A DNA stretch of 64,000 nucleotides, taken from the NCBI RefSeq assembly GCF_009914755.1, contig NC_060934.1, one strand, 5' to 3'. Source of the stretch: the human T2T-CHM13v2.0 reference genome, Homo sapiens. Position numbers and translations under genes: made by a program. Below the pieces are notes generated by a model. It was not told where the DNA came from and searched no databases. It was given only the letters and a program-made list of their open reading frames with translations. Positions 37,675-61,059 of this stretch are shown piece by piece (the first letter of the stretch is position 1; every line of letters begins with the position of its first letter).

Positions 37675-39010
37675 TTTTCTTTCTTTTCTTTCTTTCCCTT
37701 TTATTTTTTTTAAGATGGAGTCTTGCTCTGTTGCCCAGGCTGGAGTACAGTGGCGCAATCTCGGCTCACTGTAACCTCCATCTCCTGGATTCAAGATATT
37801 TTCCTGCCTCCACCTCCTGAGTAGCTGGGATTTCAAGTGCGTGCCACCACACCTGGCTAATTTTTTTTTTTTTTTGTATTTTTAGTAGAGATGGGGTTTC
37901 ACCATGTTGGTCTGGCTGGTCTCGAACTCCTGGTCTCGGTCTGCTCGACTAGGCCTCCCAAAGTGCTGGAATTACAGGCATGAGCCACTGTGCCCAGCCT
38001 TCTTTCTTTATATATACATATATATACACATATATTTTGAGATGGCGTCTCACTCTGTCACCCAGGCTGGAGTACAGTTAGCACGATCTCAGCTCACTGC
38101 AACATCTGAACCCTAAATTCAAGCAATTGTCCTGCCTCAGCCTCCCGAGTAGCTGGGATTACAGGTGCCCACAACAAGCCTGGCTAATTTTTGTATTTTT
38201 AATAGAGACTGGGTTTCACCATGTTGGCTGGGCTGGTCTCAAACTCCTGACCTCCAGTGATCCACCCGCGTCAGCCTCCCAGAGTGCTGGGATCACAGGC
38301 ATGAGCCACCTCACCTGGCCCTGGGAAGCTTTTTTCTTTTTTTCTTTCTTTTTTGTTTTTTTAAGACAGAGTCTCACACTGTTGCCCGGGCTGGAGTGTA
38401 GTGGTGCCATCTCGGCTCACCGCAACCTCTGCCTCCTGGGTTCAAACAATTCTCCTACCCCAGCCTCCTGAGTAGCTGGGATTACAGGTGCCCACCACCA
38501 CGCCCAGCTCATTTTTTGTATTTTTAGTAGAGACAAGGTTTCACTATGTTGGCCAGGCTGGTCTTGAACTCCTAACATCATGATCTGCCTGCCTCAGCCT
38601 CCCGAAGTGCTGGGATTACAGGCTTGAGCCACTGTGCCCAGCCTGAGAAGCTTTTTTCTACCTACAAAATCTCATTTTCAAAGCATCCCACCCTCTGACC
38701 CTTCCCTCTTTTTTTTTTTTTTTTCTTAAGAGAGGGTCTCACTCTGGCCCCCAGGCTGGAGTGCAGTGACACTATCAGAGCTCACTGCAGCCTTGACCTT
38801 CCAGGCTCAAGCAATCCTCCCATCTCATCCTCCCAAATAGCTGAGACTATAGGCACATGCCACCACACCCAGATAATTTTTACTTTTTTTGTAGAGACAG
38901 CGTTTCACCAAGTTGCCCAGGCTGGCCTCGAACTCCTGAGCTCAAGTGATTTGCCCACCTCAGCCTCCCAAATTGCTCGGATTACAGGTGTGCACCACAA
39001 CACTCAGCTG
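37675..39010 (-). mobile_element. Four minus-strand Alus
   Basis: Reverse-complement Alus; repeated target motif gaagcttttttc. Confidence 0.9.
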
Positions 39011-39012
39011 GA

Positions 39013-40279
<1,267 letters not shown>

Positions 40280-42219
40280 GTTTCACCGAACAGAAAAAAT
40301 CATTTTAGAATATATCTGCTTTTTGTTCAGGGAAAATCGATGACTGGCCTTCCTTAGTTATGTAAATATATGATGAACAGGCACCTACTGCTCTGGGAGA
40401 AGGGATAAGAGGACCTTTTGTGACCTGACAAAGTCTGTCCCTCGAAGCTTGGTATACAGAGGTAGTCACTAGGAGTAAATCTGCATGGGGACCAAGAAGC
40501 ATCCTGGGAAGAAAGCAAACAAACCCTGGCCCCTTCTCTTTGAGATTCAATGTCCTTGCAACCACTCAGAAGGCTTGAGAACCGGTGGAAACAAAGGACA
40601 TCAAAGTCTTCAAAGGAGTAAACTCACCATGAGACAGAGAAGAATTCTGCACAGGTGACCAGGGCCTAGAAGGCCATACGGGAGGAATCGCTCCTGCAGA
40701 GTGTGAAATTGAGGATGGCAAACCTCTCTGGATCTCTGGATCCAGCTACTTTGTCCCAGCAGTTCTATCTTGGGAATAATGATTGAACATGAATGTGAAG
40801 TAGAAGAGAGATTCTCTGGGAGCCCGTATGTGGGTATCTGCAGAGATCTGAAATAGCAGTACCATCATTGTAGCAGTGGGGCCGGGCCTGGGCTGAATCA
40901 CCCTTCAGCAGTGATAACCACCAGGTGATGATATAAGAAGCAGCAACCCAGCCGGGCGCGGTGCCTCACACCTGTAATCCCAGCACTTTGGGAGGCTGAG
41001 GTGGGCGGATTACGAGGTCAGGAGTTTGAGACCAGCCTGACCAACATGGGAAACCCCATCTTTACTAAAAATACAAAAATTAGCCAGGCATGGTGGTGCA
41101 TGCCTATAATCCCAGCTACTCAGGAGGCTGAGGCAGGAGAATCACTTGAACCCAGGAGCCGGAGTTTGCAGTGAGCTGAGATCATGCCACTGCACTCCAG
41201 CCCAGGCGACAGAGTGAGACTCCATCTCAAAAAAAAAAAAAAAAAAGCAGCAACCCTAAACCAGAGCACACTGAGGAACTATTTAATTCTGCAGCTTTTT
41301 TGCTACTTCATGTTTGAGAGCAGACCTGATCACTTTGAACTGAATAAGCCCCTATTATTCTGGAATAATTGGAGGGTGATGGACAGTTTTAAAAGAGAGA
41401 TTCTGTGGTCAGGCACAGTAGCTCATGCCTGTATTCACAGCACTTTAAGAGGCTGAGGCAAGAGGATCGCTTGAACCCAGGAGTTCAAGACGAACCTGAG
41501 CAACATAGCGAGACCCCATCACTACAAAAAAAAAAAAAGGATAAGTACAGAGTGCTTCGGAAACAGATAGAGAGGTATCCAACCAAGTCTAAAGGAAATA
41601 TAGAAAAAACTTCCCAAAGTACATTAATCAGGACATTTATTGCCAGTTGGTAAAGCAAAGAATCCTAAATATCAATGATTTAACACAATTAATTAATATT
41701 AAATATTTATATTTTTGTTCTGCACCAGCAGATTTCCTTTTCTTTTTCTTTCTTTTTTTTTTTTTTGTTATTGTTGTTGTTGAGATGGAGTCTCGCTCTG
41801 TTGCCGAGGCTGGAGTGCAGTGGCGCGATCGTGGCTCAACCTCTGCCTCCCGGGTTCAAGTGATTCTCCTGCCTCAGCCTCACGAGTAGCTGGGATTACA
41901 GGCATGTGCCACCACACCCAGCTAACTTTTGTATTTTTAGTAGAGGCGGGGTTTTGCCATGTTGCTGGTCTCAAACTCCTGACCTCAAGTGATCCTCCCA
42001 TCTTGGCCTCCCAAAGTTTTGGGATTACAGGCGTGAGCCACTGTGCCTGGCCAAACCCACAACTTTTACTTACATTCCATTCTCCAGAACCAGCCACATG
42101 GCCCCACCAAGATGCAAGAGAAATGGGTAATGTAGGTTTTCTGGGTCCCAGGAAGGAAATGAAATGGTTTGGTGAACACATAGCATTTTCTCTGCCACAC
42201 AGAAGTGATTTCTGAGTTA

Positions 42220-42568
<349 letters not shown>

Positions 42569-42927
42569 CTAAAAAGTAAACAAGGCCCTATCATAAAGAG
42601 TCTGTGTGCCATGTAAACTAAACTGGGCTTTTATCCAGTTTAGTTTACACGGCACACATGGAGAGCCATTCAAGGGTTTTAAACAAGGGAGTGATGTGAT
42701 CATATCTTAGCTTCTGAAAGATCATTTGGACTGAGGCATAGAGACCAGATTGGAGGTCAGACACGTAGCTCAAGCCTGTCATTCCAGCACTTTGGGAGAC
42801 CAGAGTAGGAGGATCATTTGAGATCCGGAGTTCGAGACCAGCCTGGGCAACATAGCAAGACCCCACCTCTAAAAATAAACTTGTTAAAAAAAATTGTGTG
42901 AATGAAGAGTGTGGCAATGAGGGGTGA

Positions 42928-43197
<270 letters not shown>

Positions 43198-43479
43198 TGA
43201 TCTGCCCACCTCAGCCTCCCAAAGTGCTGGGATTATAGGCGTGAGCCACCGTGCCCGGCCAAAGAATTTTTTGTTTTAAAGAGCAGTTTTAAGGAGAAAT
43301 ATAATATGCTTGGGGAACAGCCAAGTGAAGTCAGAGTTATTTGGAAAACTAGGCCTAAAGACAGATCTTAACAGGAGATGAAAGATGTGATGGGCATCAG
43401 TATAGGGATGGTGCTTGAGACTGTAACTGGGGATTACCCAGGCAGGCTGTGAAGAGCAGGAATGGAAGAAGTGATGGAC

Positions 43480-43653
43480 AGTTAAGTGTTTTAACAATCA
43501 TCTCTCCAGCTAAAGGAGGCCTGATATGTAGCATTTGCTGATGTCTGTGGTCAACTCCAAGCTACCAACTTGTCATCACTGAGCCTAGAGTTGTGAAGAG
43601 ATGCACCCAATTAGTTTTTATGAGCTGCTGGGAGCCAACTCCACACAACAGTG
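43480..43653 (-). mobile_element. MER63-like hAT fragment
   Basis: 'ccaagctaccaacttgtcatcactgagcctagagttgtgaagagatgcac' resembles reverse-complement MER63. Confidence 0.5.
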
Positions 43654-43773
43654 GATACAAGAGAGCCCTGCATACACATATTTAAGAGACAGAATAAAAG
43701 AAATCTTGACTAGGCTCAGGGGCTCACGCCTGTAATCTCAGCACTTTGGGAGGCCAAGGTGGGCGGATAACTA

Positions 43774-44286
<513 letters not shown>

Positions 44287-44743
44287 TTACTAACTGGATT
44301 TAGCATCCAAGAGTCATTAGTATTTTTTTTTTTTTATTGAAACAGAGTGTTCCTCTGTCACCCAGGGTGGAATGCATTGGCACAATCTCAGCTCACTGCA
44401 GGCAGCCTCGACCTCCCAGAGTCAAGGGATCCTCCCACCTCAGCCTCCCACGTAGCTGGGACTACCTACAGGTGCGTGCTACCACCCCCAGCTAATTTTC
44501 TTTTTTATTTTTTGGAGAGATGGGATCTCACTATGTTGCCCAGGCTGGTCTCAACCTGGGCTCAAGCAATCCTCCCACCTCGGCCTCCCAGAATGCTGGG
44601 ATTACAAGCATGAGCCACTGTTTCTGGTTGGTATTCTTAATAAGATCACTTTTAATGGAGTAGCAGGAATACAGACAGATGATGGGGGGCCTAAAAGTAA
44701 ATGTGAAATCAGATGTTGAAAACTACAAGTGTAGCCGGGTTCA

Positions 44744-44848
<105 letters not shown>

Positions 44849-45048
44849 CTACTAAAAATATAAAAATTAGCTGGGCATGGTGGCACATGCCTGCATTCCC
44901 AGCTATTCAGGAGGCTGAGGCAGGAGAATCCCTGGAACTTGGGAGGCGGCGGTTTCAGTGAGCTGAGATCTCGCCATTGCACTCTAGCCTGGGCGACAGA
45001 GTGAGACTCCATCTCAAAAAAAAAAAAGAAAACCACAAGCGTAGATAA

Positions 45049-45410
<362 letters not shown>

Positions 45411-45589
45411 TAGGCTGGTCTCAAACTCCTAACCTCAAGTGATCCACCTGCCTCGGCCTCCCAAAGTGCTGAGATTACAGGTGTGAGCCATTGTACCTGG
45501 CCTGGATTTCTAAAACTTTTATGCCTCTCACAATGGACCTTAGAGTGGTACCATTTTCCCAGGAGACATGGGAAAATGTACGCAGTCTG

Positions 45590-51517
<5,928 letters not shown>

Positions 51518-51518
51518 G

Positions 51519-54765
<3,247 letters not shown>

Positions 54766-54784
54766 CTCTCTCAACTTTAGATGA

Positions 54785-55220
54785 TTGTAGTAGTTGCAAG
54801 CATGGATACCTATTGATGTGTAACAAGCCACTCCAAAGCTTAGTGGCTTAGAACAACAACAACTTCTTATTTCTCATGATTCTGTTGGCTGTATGGTTCT
54901 GCTGATTGGGTGGGGTCTCATGCATGTAGCTCCCAGTGGGTGTGCTGGGTGCTGGACTCCTCTCGCCTCGTGATCCTTCATCCCAAGCTTCTTTGTGGCA
55001 TGGTGTTTCTAGAAGACAAAGATGGAAGCTGCAAAAGCTCCTTGGGGTCTAGATTCCAGAACCTGTGCAACATACTTACTTCCGCAATATCCCATAAGCC
55101 AAAGCAACTGGCAAGACCAGGCCACATTCCAAGGGATGGAGAAGATTCCACTTCTGGGTGGGAAAAGTAGCAAAGTCACATTGCAAAGGGCTATGCATTC
55201 TGGAAGTGGAGGAACTTGTG
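54785..55220 (-). mobile_element. Old MLT1 (H/I/J-type) LTR
   Basis: 'tgtgtaacaagccactccaaagcttagtggcttagaacaacaac...ttatttctcatgattctg'. Confidence 0.7.
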
Positions 55221-55338
55221 GCGGCTAAAACAACTGTTGGGCATTATATTATTTTTAGAGTCCAGACAAATGTAAGTATAATTAATGATACAATTTTGAT
55301 TTCTAAAGCATTAAGGAAAGCAGTATTCAAATAAACAG

Positions 55339-55670
55339 GGCCAGGCATTGTGGTTTATGCTTGTAATCCCAGCACTTTGGGAGGCTGAGTATCACTTGGG
55401 ATACTCATCATTTGGGAGGTGGGAGTATCACTTGAAGACAGGAATTCAAGATCAGCATGGGCAAAATAGTGAGACCCCATCGCTGTAAATTTTTAAAAAT
55501 TAACTAGGTGTGGTGGCTCATGCCTGTAGTTCTAACCACTCCAGAAGCTGAGACAAGAGGATCATTTGAGCCCAGGAGTTCAGGGTTACAATGAGCTATG
55601 ACCACATCATCATACTGCAGCCTGGGTGACCATGAGACCTTGTTGCAAAAACAAAACAAAACAAAAAAAC
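55339..55670 (+). mobile_element. AluJ with a local rearrangement in the left arm
   Basis: Alu consensus with (CAAAA)n tail. Confidence 0.88.
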
Positions 55671-57139
55671 AAAGCTTCTCTCAAATTATAAGGTTGTTAT
55701 AAACATCTCCAAAAGTTTATCCTTTTCTTTACACATACACACACCACGCATAATTCTCACTCATCATCAGCCATGTAATTTTTCGTTCTTTTTAATATAG
55801 AAACTTTATTTCCCTCTTTCTAGTTTGCTATGGCAGTACTTTCTTCAGTCTTGTACCTAAGTTTCCTACTTATTTTGGCCACTTGCCACCTAGAATATTA
55901 AGTTCCCTGAGACATGCTGTCAAAGGCAACACTCCTGGAACTGCCTATTGCATTTTTTTTCCACGTTTGTTGGGAAGAGCAAGACTCCCACGGGGCAAAG
56001 CAATCTCCTTTGAATCGAGCAGGGAAAAAAAAAAAACTGGTAAGCACTGGACTCTGACAAGCAGCTGCTGGTAAAGTCTACAGAACTACTTTTAAGTGGC
56101 TGGGTGGGCATTAACTTTTCACGGGGCTTTTTTTGTTGTTGTTACTCAATGATTTTGGGAGTCAGCAGATATTTTGTAACAACTAAAAACTACCTAAATT
56201 CATTCTGAAAAATAGTCTTCCATTTTTGGTTTAATCAGCAAAAAAAATTCAAACTGCTTCCTTTTTTTTTTTCCTTTGGAGACAGACAGGGTCTCAGTCT
56301 GTCATCCAGGCTGGCTTGAGTGCAGTGGTGTGATCACGGCTCACTACAGCACAGCCTCAGCCACCTGGGCTCAAGGTATCCTCCCACCTCAGCCTTGTGA
56401 ATAGCTGGGACCACAAGCGTGCACCACCACGCCTGGCTAATATATATATATTTTTTATTTTTTGTAGAGATGGGGGTTTCCCTGTGTTACGTAGGCTGGT
56501 TTCAAACTCCTGGGCTCAAGCAATCCTCCTGACTCTGCCTCCTAAGTGCTGGGTTTACAGGCATGCCCCACCTAAACTGTTTCCTTCATCTACTTTTAGC
56601 TATTTATTAAATAACTAGAATAGGCTACGTTTAAGTTCCAAGTTACAAAAATTGTTAAAGAGAGCATTTATTTTACATCCTAAAAATACTGAGATCTTAT
56701 GTTGTAGACAAAAGAAGCTAAAAATCTGGTGCAACAAGATGAATACAGAATAAGAAAAGAATTAACTAAAGTAAGTAAGCTTTCTGAATTGTCCATAAAT
56801 AGTTCTAATTTGAATTACTGCCTATGCCAGAACATTACCTCTGAGATTTTATGATTGCTGTATCTGCTACTATTAACTAATAACATTTGCTCGCAAGGAA
56901 ATAAAACACATACAAGGAAAATTGACACCAAAATAGTAAGTTGACAAATCTTCCATTAAAAAGGAAAATAGAAAACATAATTCTATGAAAAATTATGGAG
57001 AATTTAAATTTATTTTAATTTTTCAATTAAGTCAAATATTCTGTGTCTCACAGAAATTTTTTCTATTTCTCACTAGAAATTTTACCTTTTTGTTTTTTAA
57101 GATACTATGTTTTGCTCTGTAGCCCAGGCTGGAGTATAG

Positions 57140-57256
<117 letters not shown>

Positions 57257-58828
57257 TAAAATTCTTAAAATGTGTAATCAATTATTTCATGAAGCTATTG
57301 AATATTTTCATATAAAGAACATACCACGATCAATACATTGATTGATTTCCAATCAATTTACTTAATTTATGGAAGGTCATTATGTTGATGTACATAAATG
57401 TATATGTGTATTATGAATCAAATTTATTTGAAATCCTCCTGTATAGAATAAATTACGAACTTTTAGATGACATGCGTATTTTTCCCATTCTCCTTAATAT
57501 ATTGGGCCGAATTGTTCATCTAAGTAAAGTTGATTTTGCTTTTTTGTGGTCATTGTTTTTTCTATTTTTACTTACATAGTCAGATGCTAAGTTTTAAGCT
57601 TTTGAATAGTATGTCTGTCTGATATATCACTTCTTCCAGGAGCCTCCCCAAGAGCACTATAAATCTGCAAAGAGAGGGAAGTATGGGCAAATGAATAAGA
57701 AAAATGTTAAGGAAAGAATCCTTGCTAAACATTGCCACAATTTAATATTTCACATTTAAATTATTCTCATCATGTTATTTCCAAAGTTTGCTCATTAGAT
57801 TTTCACTTGCCTTGATGACCTTAATTAGACTTGTTCCAGATTTATGACAACTGTAAAATTAGGAAATTTTCATTCAAAAAAAAAAAATTAAAACCCTCTG
57901 GATGGTTTTCCAAAGCACATGCAGCATTACTTAAGACTATGATTTTCAGCTAGTTGGATATATCATATCTACAGCTCTAGCCAGGTCTGTAAGAATTCTG
58001 TGACTGAGGCCTAATGGAACCAATTTTCACTCTGGCAGAACAAATTCAAGTTCTAATACGAACTTGAATTCCAGTTTCCTTTGGATGCCAGGAATCAGAT
58101 CCTTTAAGAGGAAATTGTATCAGCGCTTCTGCCTATTAAGTGATATTCCATATATTTCATCTAAATAGCTAGCAGGAACAACTGACTCAAGTCAAATCTA
58201 AAACAGAAAACAAATGATTTTTTAATTACTGAAATTGTTTTATTATTATTTTAAAATACTAGTCATGGGCAGTTATTCTGTTGGTGGTGGTGGTGGGTTT
58301 TTTTGTTTTTGTTTGTTTGTTTTAGCCTTTTCCTTTCAGGGCCTCAATTTTCTGCAAACTTCACTTACCTTGACTGTGGACCACTGACCTTCTTTAAACA
58401 GGAACCAATGTATTCACTCACCTACACTAACAATCATATTACAGTCACAGGCCATTAACTGTCACTCACATTTTTATTACCCTGCATCTGATGAACATTG
58501 ATACACTTGGGTGTCTTCCTCTGCACTGGAAAAAAAATAATTTAGATAGAATTCTAAAAGTTAGCATGTTTCGTCAATAGCTTCACTGTTCCTCATGCCC
58601 ATTCATCACATCTTGCTTGCTATTGAAATCCTCCCTTGCTTTGTAACATTATTAAAGTCAGTCATTATTAAAGTCGTCTCAAAAAGAGACACCTCTGCAA
58701 CTTCTAAGATGTTGTCAACCAGGAATCATATTTTCAATACTTCAAATTCTATTGCATTTTCAAGCTTTGGAAACAAATATAATATTCTTGCATATTTTCT
58801 AAGATGAAATTTCATGTAGACAATGATG

Positions 58829-58920
58829 TGATAGAAAGGATGATGCTTATCTAATGATTTTGGCATTGCCCCTTGATAACTATGACACTGAGAAAACCAG
58901 CATTGGTTTTCCTATTATCA
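58829..58920. promoter_or_regulatory. Cluster of four WGATAR motifs (candidate GATA-bound enhancer)
   Basis: TGATAG 58829-58834, CTTATCT 58846-58852, TGATAA 58874-58879, TTATCA 58915-58920 in unique DNA ~2 kb from the CpG island. Confidence 0.4.
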
Positions 58921-59071
58921 GAACAAATTACAGTGCATGTTCTGGAGTCCTACATATCTTACATTTGAGAGAGAAAAATCACTGGGAAAAAAAAGGTAAT
59001 AGTTATATTTGTATCCATCTAGTTTCACTAACATATCTTTAAGGTACAGATTTTTTATAATAATCACATAT

Positions 59072-59392
<321 letters not shown>

Positions 59393-60543
59393 TTAAGGGA
59401 TTCTTATATTGCTTTAGTTTTATTTTTCACAAAAACTAGATTTAATTCAAGCTTCATGAAAAGGCCAAAAAAACACACAAATAATTTCATAGTTCCTAAT
59501 TTTCCAACCCTTCCTTCAGTAGGCATTGCAGGTCATTCGAACCAGATAGTTTAAATTTTTCATGGTGCAGCTAAGTGAATAAGCATCCCTCCACAGAATG
59601 CATGCACTGTTGTATCATTTTCAATTAATATGAAATAGTTTTGCCAAAATATGACTGTAAATGCAAAGCTGCTATTCTGAACATTTGGAACAACTATAGC
59701 TCATTTTTCATTATGCGTTGATGTTTTGGTATAAAAATACTGTTTAAGCAGTTCATGAATACTCTTTTCCATTTAATCACAAAGAAATACATTCAGAGTG
59801 AACATGATCGTTTTATTGGTTACCAAAGATCCTTGGCAAAGTGCACGCATGGTGAAGAACAAAAGTAAGTCCTCAACAGTTTCCCAACTTCAATGAAAAC
59901 TTAATGGGCCTAGATTTACAGATTACACATTAAAAAAAGTTTGTGCATGATGTATCTGCTGTGTGTGTATTCATATGTGGGAAATAAAGCAAGCCACAGA
60001 GAAAATGGGTGGGGGGCACAACTGCAAAAAGTTATCTCTCCTAGGAGATTTATTATTGGGAAATGCAGAAACAGAGAATTCAGCACTCTTCTTTCTGGTG
60101 ACAATACAATGCTAGAAAAAAAACTAATTTTTTTAAATAATTTACCATAGAATCTCTTGTCTTAGACTAGAAGGAATACAATCCCTGTTACATGTGTATA
60201 TATGTCCAGGTGTAACACACATTTTTCTCTTCTGAAATTCTTGTCTCAAATCTCTTTCAATCAAAATGAGTTGAGCTTCAAACAGGATCTGGGTGAGTCA
60301 GAACCTTTTTAAAATTGTGCTCAACCCAGTGAATGCTTTAAAACTGAATTAATGAGTAGTATCCTAAAATGCAAAAGCATGCTCCAAGACTGACTGCCTC
60401 TCTACATTTTGATTCTGAAAGAAAGTGCTTGGACTTTTAAAGAACAAAGAAGAAAAGCCTTCATTTTCCTTCCCTCCCTTCCTCTCTACAATTTAACCAA
60501 GCAATTTTTTCTAGGTTCTTTTGTTTTAATATAAGAACAATAA

Positions 60544-60848
60544 GGCCGGGTGGTTGCTCACGCCTGTAATCCCAGCACCTAGGGAGGCTGAGGTGGGCGG
60601 ATCACAAGGTCAGGAGTTCGAGACCATCCTGGCTAACATGGTGAAACCCCATCTCTACTAAAAGTAAAAAAAAAAATTAGCTGGTCATGGTGGCGGCTGC
60701 CTGTAGTCCCAGCTACTCAGGAGGCTGAGGTAGGAGAATTGCTTGAACCGGGGAGGTGGAGGTTGCAGTTAGCCAAGATGGCGCCACTGTACTCCAGCCT
60801 GGACAACAGGGCGAGACTCCATCTCAAAAAAAAAAAAAAAAAAAAAAG
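60544..60848 (+). mobile_element. AluS
   Basis: Full Alu; TSD aagaacaataa. Confidence 0.93.
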
Positions 60849-61059
60849 AACAATAAAGCTCTTCTGTCTTTCTTCTCTCTTCTTCTCCTCTTTCTATCTC
60901 CAGGACCACAAATTTGACTAAAAATAATTGTCCATATGGAATCCTTAATGTATCAACATAGGAAGGAGACACCCACTATCCCAAGACTCAGCCCACCTGG
61001 CCTAGATGGGCCTAGATTTAGAGTAAGCATTACAGGCTGATTAAGTCTGGTGCATGGTT

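Noticed and set aside
58295-58340. Strong plus-strand acceptor-like tract ending ttcctttcag
   Set aside because: The pyrimidine tract is largely a (TTTG)n simple repeat and I found no convincing downstream donor at exon distance
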